Shown here piece by piece: positions 46,724 through 59,557 of a stretch of DNA of 64,000 nt; positions within the stretch are counted from its first letter, which is position 1; the number at the start of each line of letters is the position of its first letter. The stretch spans positions 2,944,088 through 3,008,087 of the forward strand of contig MU062166.1 in assembly GCA_013265495.1 (NCBI GenBank), in the 5' to 3' direction. The DNA comes from Vicugna vicugna. Lineage: Eukaryota. The notes under the pieces were generated by a model. It had not been told where the DNA came from. It did not search any database and saw nothing but the letters and a program-made list of their open reading frames with translations. A program made the translations under genes and the position numbers.

Positions 46724-47639
46724 CCCTGCTCTTTCAGGGGAACTTCCTGTTTCTGACATTTTCTCTGTAAAGACCACAGTGCCAGCCCTGCCTGAAGCCT
46801 GTCCGTGTTTGGTTGTCTTTGTTTTCTCTTATGTCTATCCCTTGGCTTAGCCCACCTGGGCCCCTTCTGGACTCGGAAGGTGTTAGTTAGTTGCTTCTCA
46901 GAGTTTAGGACACAGCCTGTCTGAGAGGGAAGACACCCCTCTCGCAGCTCCATGTTAAAGTGCTTGAAGCCCTTGCAACCCCCTTAATTAAGAGGAGATG
47001 TAGTGTGTGCCCCCCACCCCGCCCCAGCTCCCATCCTCTGTCTCCTTCCTCTGCACCTGGTCCAGGGCCCTTTGCTCTGGGTCACGCTCTCTTCCCAGGC
47101 CCTGTGGCTCCCTTCCTCCCTGAGGGAGGCCCTTGCGTGTTTCTGAGCCTGCAGCCCCATTGCTTCTCTGGTGGGAAATGGTAGCTTCCTCTTGGGGGAG
47201 GAGCAAGTTGCTGTCCTCCCATCCTCAGGTTGCCAAGGGCAAGTCTCTCTGGGACAGCAGAGAGGCCTCCTGGGAAGCCTCCTTCCCAGTGCTTGCTGGG
47301 AGCACCAGGGGCTTTGGAACCAAAAAGACCTGGACTCAGACCCCAGTGTCTCCACTGCCACTGGAAACCTTGGCAAGTGCCTTAGGCTGTGGTTCTGTTC
47401 AGCAGCAGAGATAGAACCCTCCATCCCACAGGGCAGTGGGGTGGAGGCTTAAGTCGCGGGGCTCCTTGGAGGTGCTGAATTACAGGTGTGCGCGTGTTCC
47501 GGTGCCCGGACAGGTAAGCGTGAACAGATGTCCACACATTTATCACTCTGGCTTTGGCTGCTCTCTCACTGCCTGGGTGGGGAGGCCTCATCTTCGTTGT
47601 CATGATTAAAACCATCCCTCTATTCAGCAAGCCCCAGCC

Positions 47640-47860
47640 CCCCTTCATTCACCATTCATTCATTCATTCACTCTCCCATTTCTGAGACCTGCCCTGTCCC
47701 AGGCCTAGCTCTGGGCACTGGGGAACACGGCCAGGAGTAAGACAGACCAGGACTGGCACTCTGCTTCCAGGCTGAAGGTGGGGAAGGACATAAGCCAAGC
47801 AATCACCAAAGTCGATTTTAAAGGTCACCTGTGTTGAGTGCCTCGGAGGAGAGGTGATAG
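47640..47860 (-). mobile_element. L2 3' end
   Basis: CATTCATTCATTCATTCA..CTGGGCACTGGGGAACAC..AGCAATCAC. Confidence 0.75.
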
Positions 47861-49084
47861 GTGTCCGTACCAGTGGCCCAGCACTGGGTGAGGCCTGAGG
47901 GGATTCAGAATTGAAAGGCAGCCCTTGCCTTTAAGAAGTGTGAGCACCAGCTGCAGGCTGTCCTTACTCTGGGCTCTGTGACCACCAGAGGCAATGATAC
48001 TGCAAGGTGGAAGTCAATATTTAAAAAAAGAAACATCAGTTCTTAGGAAGACCTTAGTTGCCTCATATACAATCTTGTGTTTAACCACTTACCCAGAGCC
48101 TGGGGTCAGAGACCAGCTGGATATCTGCGCCCCTTGAGTGCACGCACATCGCCCACCTTCCCAGCCCTCGTGAGGCAGTGCCATCCCAGGTGCTGGCGTG
48201 GCCACCTGGGGATTGCTCCTTGCCCATACCCTTCAGGAACCCCAAAGACACTCGAGTCTGGTGTGGCCAGGATGAGGCAGTTTGCACAACTCCTGCATCT
48301 TGGGAAAACAAATGTGGTTCTCAGTGTGCTGCTTTGAGTTCCTGGAACCAGAGTGTTTATTTTATGTAATATACAGCAAAAACAGTTCTACTGACTTCAG
48401 ATACTTCCAGCTTCCAAACTGTAACTTATAAAAAGACTGGGTTTTTTATCCAGTGGATAAAATGTGGATTACCCGGGGTATCTCAGGAAAGGAAAGCTAA
48501 ATTGTGTTTGACAGGGAGGGAAAATGTTCTCCATTTCAGGTCACCATTTTTAGAACTGAACACATGCTTTTTTAAGATTTAGGTATCTTCATTCTACCAG
48601 GGAAACATTCCTGTATTTGCTTATGTCCAAGGGCTGCTAGAGGACCATGGGACCCTTGAAGCCTTCTTACAGCACCGTAGGTCTTGCCAAGGGAGGTCAG
48701 GTGGTTACGCTGTGTTTGAAGCAACACCTTGGCCTCCCTCTCCGTGGCAAAGGAGCATCTGAAACTCTGCCTGATTTAGTAGATGAGGTTCAGGTGGGTG
48801 AATATCAATTCCACAAGTGACCCCTCATGGCTGTGTGTGCTCACGCTCTCCCCTGCTTGGGTAGTGAAATGGATGGGTTTGAGGAATTGGGCAGAAATAT
48901 CCAGTGGCTGCTCCTCATAATGATGGGTAGATAGTACTTACTGAGGGTCTACCACATGCCAGGCCCTGCTCCGAAAAGCACCTCAATGGATCGTACCAAT
49001 GAGGCAGGTCATATTATTATTGTCTCTGTTTTAGGTCCAAGAAGGTGAATTTCAGAAGAGCTCATACAGCTAATATGTAGTTGG

Positions 49085-49500
49085 ATTAAGCAGAGTGTGA
49101 GTTCAGCTGCTGTAACAAAAACTCGGACCAACACTGGTTTAAGCAAGGTAGAAGCTTGTTGTTCTCTCATGGAACAGTGCTGTGGAAGTTCTGTCTATGT
49201 GGCCATTTACTTCCCAGTCTCCTCTGTCCTTAGGATATTGCCTTCAACTACATGGTCCAAGATGGTGCCCCACTTGCCTGCATTCTAGTCTCTGGGAAAG
49301 GGGATGGGGAAGGAAGGGGAACATGCCCTTCCCCTTCAGGGCATAACTCAGATCAATTGGACCCATTATTTCTGCTCACATTCTATTGGCCAAAACTTGG
49401 TCACATAGCTACACTTAGCTGCAAAAGTGGTTGGGAGCTAGTCTTTCTTTTGGGTGGCCATGTGCCCAGCTCAAAGTGGGAGATCAGGAAACATGATGAA
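49085..49500 (-). mobile_element. MLT1J-like MaLR LTR
   Basis: CAGCTGCTGTAACAAAA..ATTCTATTGGCCAAAACTTGGTCACATAGCTACACTTAGCTGC..GGTGGCCATGTGCCCAGCT. Confidence 0.85.
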
Positions 49501-49745
49501 TAAACACTGAGTGACTGGGATGAGTCTAGATGGTGTACGAAGTTCACGCCCCTTACCCGTCCACCACGTCTCATCTCTGAGGAGTTCTAGGTCAGTTCCA
49601 AGGAAAAACGCTCAGACCTGGACCATACGTTCCTTGGGTGCTTACGGTGGTGGGTGTTTCTGCTGATCACTTGGTCCTCTGGGTCAGCATAGCACAGGGC
49701 AATAAGCAGATGCTCAGTAAAGCAATCTTAAAGGGGAGGCAGTAG

Positions 49746-49870
49746 TGGGAAGGAATAGCTCTACTGGTAGAAGTCCTGGGTTCAATCCCTGGTACCTCCT
49801 CTAAAAATAAATAAATAAATTGACCTAATTACCTCCCACCACAAAAAAAAATTAATTAATTTAAAAAAAT
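49746..49870 (+). mobile_element. Vic-1-type SINE (copy 7) lacking the anticodon arm
   Basis: GGTAGA joined directly to AGTCCTGGGTTCAATCCC; long tail; TSD GGGAGGCAGTAG/GGGAGGGCAGTAG. Confidence 0.85.
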
Positions 49871-52559
49871 TAGTGGGAGGGCAGTAGAGAAGCACTTAAC
49901 CTACCAGATCCAATCCTCGCCAAGTATGTTGAGCAGATCTGGATGTGATAAATTATAAGAGGGCTGGAAGTGTGACCAACTGCCAGAAAGCTGCCAGGTC
50001 TAGAAAGATTCCCCTGCAGGGTGGAGCCCCCAGCTGCTTTGGTTGGAACCAGAGGTTCAGGGTATCCTGTTGGCTTCCCTGGCTTAGCCCCAACTCTGAA
50101 GACATCTATGAGTCGTGTTTCCAGAATGGAAATTCGATTCCACGCCCCCTCTGGGAGGAACTGGCTGCTCTGAGCGTCTTCTTTCCTGGTAGTAGTCTCT
50201 TGGGCTGTGCCGTGGCCATTCTCAGTTCAGTTCCAGCTCCACGTAGATTCGGGTTTGTCTGCTGCTGGCCCTGATCTGCGAGGAAGGGTCTCAGCCTCCC
50301 ACCCATGGTGCTCCAGCCGCCTAGTTGAACTGGCCCTGACTCATCTAGAACCACGTGCAGTCACAGGCTGCCCTTTCAGAACCATACCCCGTTAAGAAGT
50401 CCTCGGAGGGCTTTCCGAGGCAACATGCTGACTGTGAGGAGCGGGGAGTTCGCTGGTCCCTGTTAATAGTTGCATTTTCTGAGCGGACCTTCTTACTGGG
50501 CAGGTGCTCAGGAGGGAAAATAAGTAAGCATCGGAGGTTCCAGTGTGGAATTTTTCTGTCATCTGAACATTGTTCTTGGCAAGGAGTAATTGAAAACAAA
50601 CAGCCATTATGGGTTACGTTTTTAGACCAGTTAGAAACAGAGGTTTCACCACCGTGGTATTCTTTGATCATCCATCCGAGTCACTTTTTGGTCTTTTTCC
50701 CAGTTATCTATCTTGTGCTGAGCAGCTGAGGAGGATACCTGTTAGGCTCGGCATCAGTTAATTACCTGTCAAAATGTCTGTTTTGAGCCTGGCTGTCAGA
50801 GGGAAGGGAAAGACGGTTCACAGAGAGCAGCGCTCCAGGCTGAAACAGAGCTTACGAGGTCTAGACAGTTATGAGATATGTGAGACTCTTAAAAAAGAAA
50901 GAAGGGAAGAAAGAAAAACATGTGTTTTGGGTTCTGTGCACTTCTATTCTGTATTTGTGTAGCTGAAAAAGCTTTAGTTTAAAGTAAGTGGTATTTGGCA
51001 AGAAGTGGTGCTGCATGCTGACAAATTGATTGTGCTCGTTCACTCCGATAAAAATGAAAATGCATGAGGCATTTTGCTTTTCTCCTCTCTTGATGATTAA
51101 AAGCATCTACTTGGCTCCATGCAGAGACAGCCCTTGAAGATTTATATGAGACACCTGTATGACATCGATCACTGGCCTCCAGGCTGACAGAAGCCGCTAC
51201 ACTGCACGGTGTTCAGAATGCCAGGTCCTGGGAGGAAAGTGTGAAAGGCTTGGCTGGGAGTCTCTGTGCCAGACCTCAACGGGACGCTAGGGTGAGGGTC
51301 TTTGAATTTTAATAAAGGCCTTCCCCTCCCTGTTCACACTGAGCCAAGGCTTTAGAGCAGCTGAGTGGCTAAGGAAGCCCTGCCGTGATGAATAAGACCA
51401 GACCCTCCCCTACCTGGGCCTCAGTTTCCCCATCTGAGAGATGAGGGCGTCACCCTGGCTTTCCTTCTGGTTTTCTGCGGGATCTGCCTCCCTGCTCTTT
51501 CCAACAGGCCCTTCTGTTATGACGTGATTGCTCGTGAAGAATGAGGATGTCAGTGTTAGGAAGGGGCTCCTCCCTGTGTGGCACATCCCCCATGTGTTAA
51601 CCTGACCCAGCACAAGGAGAAATTAGAATATAGCCAACAGCTAGCAGATTGATGAGACAGGTCATCCATCCCCTCGTTCATGCATTTGCTCGTCAAGTAG
51701 GACTGTGCGCCAGGCTCTGTGCAGGGTGCTGGGGCGTGCAGAGGGCAAGGCAGCTGGGCCCTGCCTGCTCCAGGATGGGCCCAGCCCTGTATGGACTCCC
51801 GTCCTGTTGGCTTAAGGACTTGCCTCCTTGTAGGTCCAAGCATAGGAATGTACTGTGAAGTTCAATTCTAACAGCCTATGAAAAGCCAAGCATTTACTTC
51901 TGGACACCCAGGACTTTAAGATTTCTGCCTTCAAGGAGCAAGGGATTTGTTTTGACAAAGGAAGTGTAAACAGGATCCTGGTGAATAATATTTCTCATGG
52001 CTGCTCCTGCTTTAATCACTTGTATATTTATCAGTGATCTCATAAGTGTCCAGACTGTCCAGGCTCTGCCGGGGACACATGGAATTTACAGCTCGGCTGG
52101 GGATGGAGGAGGGGAGGGCGCGAAGGCCGACTCTGAGGGCAGCAGCGGAGGGAATGAGAGCACATGTGTTACTGGGTCACAGGTGTGGTGCAGGCTGAGG
52201 GGCTGAAGGCGCTCTGGGGAGGGGGGGCTCCGCAGCACTCTGTGCTGGACTGGCCCAAGGAGTGTGGCCACCCAGCTGATGGCCAGCCCCTGAGCTGCCA
52301 TGGCTTTCCCAGGTCTTAGTTTCTAGAGGCTGGAGCTCCAGACGAAGTATGCAGAGCAGCCCTGGGCCCCTCCATGGAAAGGGACCAATAGGTCATGGGT
52401 ACGCCGGGTTACCAGGGTGCCCCGCTCCCCTGTGGGCCCTGAGCCTGCTGAATGGTGCCACTGGTGGGACGCCATCCACCCCTCAGGGTTCCGGGTCCTT
52501 GCCTGCTGTGGATCCCGAGAAGCTAAATGTTGCAGACGGTTGTTCTGTTTTCAGGAAGG

Positions 52560-52750
52560 GCTGAGTTCCAATCCCATGTCTACCTCTTGCTAGCTCTGGG
52601 CCTTTGTGCTAATGCCTTCTCAATGCCTCATTTTTTGGCACCTGAAAAAGAGGCTGATCATAGCACCTCTTTGGTAGGGCTGTTAGGGTCACAAGAGACA
52701 AGCAAGTGCAGTGCCCTGCGTGGGGCCTGGTATACAGCAGGTGCCCCCTT
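52560..52750 (+). mobile_element. MIR SINE
   Basis: GAGTTCCAATCCCA..GCCTCATTTTTTGGCACCTGAAAAAG..GCCTGGTATACAGCAGGTG. Confidence 0.75.
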
Positions 52751-55700
52751 CACATCAGCTGCTGTCATTCAGATATTATTATGGTACATCAGGTGGCAAA
52801 GTGGGAAGGTCACTGGCCCCAAAGTCATCTCTTTCTGAAAACTAGCTTTGCTGAGCTCTGAAGATTCATGTCTAAAATCCCACCACCCCTAGGCTGTAAC
52901 TCAGCTCAGCGAAGTCTGAATGGAGACTCCACCTTTCTCCGTTAGTTTCTGCTGGAGCAACATGCCTCTCCCGTTTCTCATCTGAAACGTGGGCACTGGG
53001 GGAACCCTGTGTGCCTGTGACTATGACATCTCTTCCCAAGTGTAGCCCCCTTGGGTCTGGGGCTGAGCTAAGCAAATGTGGCTTGAAGGAAGGAGTTGAA
53101 TCACATTAAATTGCAAAGACCTAGAGCCTGTCCAGGGGGCCAAGCCCTGTTCCTCGGGGAGGCAGAGTTGCGGTGTGCCATGTGGCCCATTTTGTAGGAG
53201 CCGTGATGGGGCAGCTGGGGGAACTTGATGTTTATCAGAGAGGACTCCAGGAGCACAGAATTTGCCCTCGCTATCCCAAGGATAGGGATTAAGGGGCAGG
53301 TATTACAGAAAGACAGGCCTGGTCTCCAAATAGGAAAGCCTTTTCACACAGTGTTGGTTGGTACAGACGACTGGACACTTTGTAGGTGAAGTGCTTCGTG
53401 TCCCCAGGTTGACTAAGCCCCTGATGGGTATCATGTCGAGAGGATGGGGGAGTGGTGGTGGGGTCTTTGGACCCTGAGACATCAGGACTTTGGGGACACC
53501 ATCAATTTCCTCCGCCTTCCCAAGCATGCACTTCTCAAGCTGCTTTCGGCCAGCACAGCTGTGAGCCCCGCTAGGCCCTGGCTGCCAGCCCAGGGAGAAG
53601 CGGGGCCGCGTCTGCATGGAGGCTGCTGTTTGCCTTGGCCCCTGCTGGCTCAGCCACTTCCTGGCCCTGCCCTCCTGTGGCTTTTGCTTCATTAGCTCAT
53701 AGCTCCAGGTGAAGCCAGTCCTCGGGGCCCTGGGCGGCAAGGTGGGCCAGGCCTCCGAGGCTTTAGAGCCTCCCTGCTCTTCTCCCCAGCAGGCCAGGGC
53801 AGCCCGCAGTCAGGGTGCATCAGGCACTGTCATCCAAGGTTAAACCGGAAAAGCACTCGAGAAAAGACTGGGGCATGGAGAGGCAGCGTCATGATCCCGG
53901 CAGCAAACCAGCAGGGCTGCGACGGCAGCCAGGCCCCGGCCTCCAGGAAATGCTGTCCTTAGCTCATGCTCATTCCGGCCCCAGTGCAGGTGCGGGAGGG
54001 GAGGCAGCTGGGTGGGTTTAAAAAAACCTCACCGATCGTGAACTCTACCTGGGGATCTGATGCTGGAGAAAGGCTGTGCTCTCTGCTGTCTCCATCCCCA
54101 CCAGGCTTCTGCCTGCGGACTTACCAAACTGGGAGGCAAGGACGTTGACGCTCCCCTAATCCATTAGCTTCATTTTGTAAAAGGGAAAACCAAGGTCCTG
54201 AGAGGAGGATGATAGGTCTGAGGTCACACGGGAGTCAGAGGAGAAGCAGGAGGCCAAGTCCAGCCCCCTCGCCCCAGCCCTGGGGCCCTGGCCGAGCAAT
54301 CCAGACGGCGGTTAAGTCAGGCAGGGCCCGCGTTCAGGCCCGCCTTGCTTCTGGGGTCTCTGGGCCCACCACAGCGGCAGCTCCGAGTGCAGCAGACAGC
54401 CTTGCCTCAGCCCAGGCACCCAGAGCCTCACGGGTTCTTTTGTTAACCTCGGATGGAAGCCTTGCTGGGAACAACTCTTTCTTATCCAGTTGTTTCAGGC
54501 AGAGGCAACTTCATTTCTGACAGATTAGCCACCGAAGAGGGGTGGTGTCGAGGGAGTGTGGGCCTAAGATTTCTACTCCCCAGCGGGGAAGCTTATGGCT
54601 TCCACTTCACATTGGTTTGTTCATTTGTTTTGTTTTCTGTTCGTTTTGCATATACACCTGGTCTCTTGCTCCGGCCAGGCACCACTCCAGGTCCTGGGGA
54701 TAACGTGGGTGAACTAGACCTTGGAATCTCTTGGGGAGCTTTAAAAACTACTGATGCCATCCCAGGGACTTGATACAGTTGGCCTGGGTGTGGCCTGTGT
54801 ATTTTAGCTTCTAAAGTTGCCTGTATCTATATGGAAACTTCTTTTCTAGGAAGGAGAAAACCTCGTAGAAAGGATGTGGCTCTGAGAGGCTAGGGGTGAG
54901 AGAGTACAAGTGAGGGAAGGCCCCAGGTCAGCAGGAAGGGAGCAGCATTCAGTGTCACTGGGCTGTCCCAGGTGCCAGCACCGCAGCAGGCCTGGTCGTA
55001 GCTCCCAGAATTTTCCGCTGCAGGCCTGGCAGGTGAAACACAGGGTTCTTAGTGACTGCATGTTACCCGGGCCCTGCACCCCAAGGGGAACATATCTGGT
55101 GGTCAGAGCTTTTGCTTACCAGGGCCTTCCTAATCTCAGTGATTTTGTAGGTGCAAGTTTAAAATAGTTGTTTCCCCCTCATTTGCGAAAATACTGAAAA
55201 TCTAGAGGAAGTAGACCCAGCCACAGCTCACATACATCAGTTGTCTCCTTTTTGCCGGACATCTTTAAGAGCCTCCACTGCTGATGAGGCAGGTGTCTTC
55301 TGCTGGCGCCTCGTGGTTGTCACGCTCTCTCTGTGTTAGCACGGAAGGCCGGCATGTCGTCAGAGTGACCGGCTTTCAGCACAGGAGAGGGTGCTGGTGG
55401 TTAGAGCCCGGTGGTTTGGACCGCTCATTTAGAGATGACCAGTAAAAGAGCCAGGCCTGGAACTCAGGGCCCAGTTCTGTCCCCAGCACTCCAACATGCC
55501 AGGCCAGCCACTGAGGCACAGTGTCCGTGTCTCCCTGGCCATTCCCCGGGCCCACCCCTCCATTTAGCCACTCAGTCCTCATGCCATTCTCCCTGCAAGG
55601 GAGTATCAAAATTTGTAGCTTTTCTTGGCCATAGGTTAAGGGAGAAGTCAAACCTGACTCTGGGCATCATTGTCCAGAGGGCCCCGTGGTGACAGCATAG

Positions 55701-56432
55701 GCTTGGCATCCAGTCCAGCTCAGCCCTCCGCCCTTTCCCAGACTCCAGGTCCCTCCTGGGCTTTGACTGCACCCAGTAAATTCCGGTCAGAGAACTGAAC
55801 CCTTGCCAACAGGTGGGCTGGAAGGGGCTGCTGCACTGGGCCCCCAACAAGCACACTTCAACCCACCTCCCTGCTTCCTCTCACAAATTCACAGACCAGA
55901 CCCTCCCTCCCCACTCTGCACCCCATCTTCCCTCCCTTCCCTGACCTGGCAGCCCAGGCCCAAACACCCTACAACTCAGTGGTTTTCACATGTGACTTGT
56001 CCAGGTATCTCTACCCTTTGTAAGACCCGGACTTAATAGTTTTGAGCCTACAAAGACATGTGACAAGTACAAGACATTCAGTAAAACTCGAGACCAGAAT
56101 GAGGGCGACAAAAGGCACAGGAAGATGGGGCTTGGTTTGGGTGTGTTTGTGTAATTGCCATATGTCATTTTTATTCACATGAAAACATCTTTCTTGAAGC
56201 AATAGGAACCCACTCAGCTGTTGCTAACCAAATACCAAATGTTTCCGTTTTCCTCTTCTGCTCCTTCCAAGAGGCGGGCTGTGAAGAATTGCTGTTACCC
56301 GTGATGCTATCTTGCCTTTCAAACGTCAGAGAGCCTTTTCCTCAGAGCAAATGCCTGATTGTTTTTTCCAGCTTCCGCAGGAATTTTTAAGAGAAAGCTG
56401 TGCTCAAGTCACTTTTCGGTTTATTGTTTTAG

Positions 56433-56449
56433 ACCTGGAGTACGGCAAA
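56433..56449 (+). other. Candidate 17-nt microexon
   Basis: CACTTTTCGGTTTATTGTTTTAG|ACCTGGAGTACGGCAAA|GTGAGC; reads (D)LEYGK. Confidence 0.3.
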
Positions 56450-57688
56450 GTGAGCGGCTCATGGCCCCTGTCTAATCCAGTCTCCTCGAGTGGAATCAGT
56501 TTCCCTAAATTGCTTCAGGACCTATCAGGACCCACCCCCACCCCCTTTCACGCCAAGAAAAAACAAAAAACCAAAACCTGGTGCTTTGGTAAAATGATGT
56601 TAAATAAAATAAAATGAAACAAAACAGAACAAAAGAAACCTTTAGTTGGTAGAGAGATGGCTCCAGGAATCAGGAATCACTTTGGGGCATCTCCCACCCT
56701 CTCCTGCACAATAAACATGTGGTTTCATTTCCAAGCACTCCGGTGTGAGCGTTTTCATTTCCTCAGGAAGCTGCCTTTCTTGCTCTTTCTTCTGAAATGG
56801 AACGTGCATTTTCATTGGCCCAAGTTCAAGGAGTGCCTGGGGCAACAATGAAAATAGTCCCAAGCAGGTTCTGGTCGCCGACACCCCCTCCCTGCCAGCA
56901 GTGACTTCTCCTTGCTCCTCTTCCACTGGGGATTGACGCCAAATTGCCAAAGCTCCAAATCGCCAAATCGCCAAATCGGGTGGGGTGGCAGCCTCCCTTG
57001 CTTGGGTTTGTAGCCATCTGAGGGGAGCCGTGCTGTCCTTGCTGCTTGGGTTCTGGCCTTCAGTTGGGAAAATCTGGTTACCCTCCAAAGCCTCCACATA
57101 CCACAGACTCTTAATTAAGAAAGTATGTTCCCATTTCATGTCACTCGAAAAGAATGAAAACAGTGACAGCATTTATTTATCTTCAATATCAATATCATTC
57201 CTGTTTCTAAGTCCGCTGGGGGTTATGAGTCTTGAAGGAATTGACTGTGGGTTGTGAGATTTTAAACCTGGCCGTGTGCTGTGGGGACACACGTGGCTTC
57301 TCTCCGAGACGGAGGCTCGGAGCCAGGGAGAGGAGGGCCGCAGAGCCCTGGCCCCTGCCCTCCCAGAGCTTGGAGCCAATGGCTCATGCCGGGAGAGGCA
57401 GCTTTTGCTTTGCTGTCTTTGGTGCTGATGAGGAGCTGACTCCCTTTCACCAGCTACTTCCCAGTTCCTTTCTGAATCTTCAGAGAAGTAAAAGTCACCA
57501 TTTCTTGAACCTTGCAGGGGAGGTATGATGTCTGAATGGCTACTGTTTGCGTAGGACCTGCTCTGGGCTGAGCCTGGGCTGGGCCCTCAGGTGGTTGCAG
57601 ATCCTTGCGGCCACCAGCTCACTCTGATCTGTGTGATGCGTGAGGAGCTGGGCCTCAGGTTAAGGGACATGCCCAAGGCTAGGTAGCA

Positions 57689-58011
57689 TGTTAGTCCATT
57701 TGAACTGCTACAACAGAATGCCACAGACGGGGTGGATTATAAACAATAGAAATTTATTTCTCAGTTCTGGAGGCTGGGAAGTCCAGGTACTGGTTCATAA
57801 ATGACCATCTTCTCCCTGTGTCCTCACATGGCAGCAAGGGTGAGGGAGCTCTCAGGGGATCTTTGTTATAAGGGCACTAATCCCATTTTTAGGGGCCCCA
57901 CCCTCATGACTTAACCACCTCCCAGGCCTCATCTCCTAGTACTGGCACATTGGGCATTAGCTTTCTACATATGAATTTGGAGGGGAGGACACAGACGTTT
58001 AATCTGTAGCA
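57689..58011 (-). mobile_element. MLT1A0-like MaLR solo LTR (internal deletion)
   Basis: TTAGTCCATTTGAACTGCTACAACAGAATGCCACAGAC..TAAGGGCACTAATCCCATT..CATATGAATTTGG..TGTAGCA. Confidence 0.9.
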
Positions 58012-58408
58012 GGGGTCCTTCCCAGTGGGCCTGCGGTATGGGTACTGTCAATGGCTTATTATGAAAACAGGCTGGGAGACAGAGGAGGCGCTCAGCCAAC
58101 ACCCAGATATCACAAGGGGCCCCTTGTCATAGTGCACTCTCTGTTGCTCGACAACTTGGTGTCATGTTCGACCTTTGAGGTAGACTTGGCTTTGCATGGA
58201 GACTTCAGAACATGTGTTGCAAATTTGTGTGCGTGTGCCAGCATGCTTGCATGGGTACTTTCAGAAAGTTACCTTCATTACCAAGTAAATTTACTTGCTG
58301 ACTCCCTCAGTTAACACTCTGCTCCGATTCCTGTCCCTTTGTGCCTCACCTCCCACCCCCAAGCAACCTATCACTTTCCATCTGTTTTATTTCAGCCATT
58401 AGCTCTTT

Positions 58409-58967
58409 TTAAAATTGAAGTGTATTTGTTTACAATATTGTGTAAGTTTCAGGTGTACAGCAAAGTGATTCAGTTATATATATATTTTCAGATTATATTC
58501 CATTATAGGTTATTATAAGATATTGAATATACCTCCCTGTGCTATATAGTAAATCCTTGTTGCTTGTCTATTTTGGGGGGGGTGGGGTTTAATTCGGTTT
58601 ATTTATTTATTTAACCTTTTTCAGTGGAGGAGCTGGGGACTGCACTTAGGACCTCGTGTGTGCTAAGCATGCACTCTACCACTGAGCTATAATATGCCTT
58701 CCCCCTGCTTATCTATTTTATGTATAGTAGTTTGCATCTGTTAATCCCATCCTCCTAATTTGTCTGTCCTTCCCTCCCTCTCCTCTAAGGTAACCATACA
58801 TTTGTGAGTCCGTTTCAGTTTTGTATATACATCCATTTGTATATTTTAGATTCCACATATAAGTGATATCACATAGTATTTGGCTTTGATTTACTTTACT
58901 AAGTATAATAATCTCTAGGTCCATCCATGTTGCTGCAAATAGCAATGTTTCCATCTTTTCTTTAAGA
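58409..58967 (-). mobile_element. 5'-truncated cetartiodactyl-type L1 3' end, interrupted by a SINE
   Basis: AAATTGAAGTG..TTCAGGTGTACAGCAAAGTGATTCAG; ORF2 C-terminal peptide AATWMDLEIIILS; TSD AGCCATT(AG)CTCTTT (58394-58408 / 58968-58980). Confidence 0.85.
58575..58705 (-). mobile_element. Vic-1-type SINE (copy 8, long tail)
   Basis: 14-bp TSD TGCTTGTCTATTTT (58561-58574) / TGCTTATCTATTTT (58706-58719). Confidence 0.9.
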
Positions 58968-58980
58968 AGCCATTCTCTTT

Positions 58981-59557
58981 CTAAAAAATTATTATGGTAG
59001 GAACATTTAACATGAGATCTACCCGCTTAATAAAACTTTGGGTGCACAATATGGTATTGTGAACTTTAGGCTCAGTGCTGGACAGCAGCTCTGTAGAACT
59101 TAATCATCTTGTGCAACTGAAACTCTGTACCCACGAAGCAGCGGCTCCCCATTGCCCCCTCCCCCAGTCCCTGGCAACCATTTTACTGTCTATTTCTATG
59201 AGGTTGACTATTTTAGATACCACATACGAGTGGCGTTATGTGGTATTTGTCCTTTTGTGACGGGCTCATTTCACTTAGCATAATGTCATCAAGACTCATC
59301 CGTGTTGTCACATGTGGCAGGGTTCCCTTCCTTTTTAAGACTGAATAATATTCCACTGTATGTATATACCACATTTAAAAAATCCATTCATCGGTCGATG
59401 AACACTTAGGTGGTTTCCACATCTTGGCTGTTATGAATAGTGCAGCAATGAACATGGGAGTGCAAGTTCCTCTGTGAAATACTGATTGTAATTGTTTTGG
59501 ATAAATACCCAGCAGTGGGATGGCCTGATCACAGTAATTTTTTGAGGAACCTCCATA
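58981..59557 (-). mobile_element. L1MA9-L1MB2-like LINE 3' end
   Basis: AACATGAGATCTACCC; peptide AIPLLGIYPK..CTPMFIAALF..KPPKCSSTDEWI (L1 ORF2 C-terminus). Confidence 0.9.

Noticed and set aside
50401-50420. Hairpin CCTCGGA-N6-TCCGAGG as a miRNA or terminator
   Set aside because: 7-bp stem does not extend; expected by chance
50649-50684. Peptide VTRMDDQRIPRW resembling the C-terminus of RTE-clade reverse transcriptases
   Set aside because: Only 12 residues and flanks do not extend the similarity; would need a Dfam RTE/L4 hit
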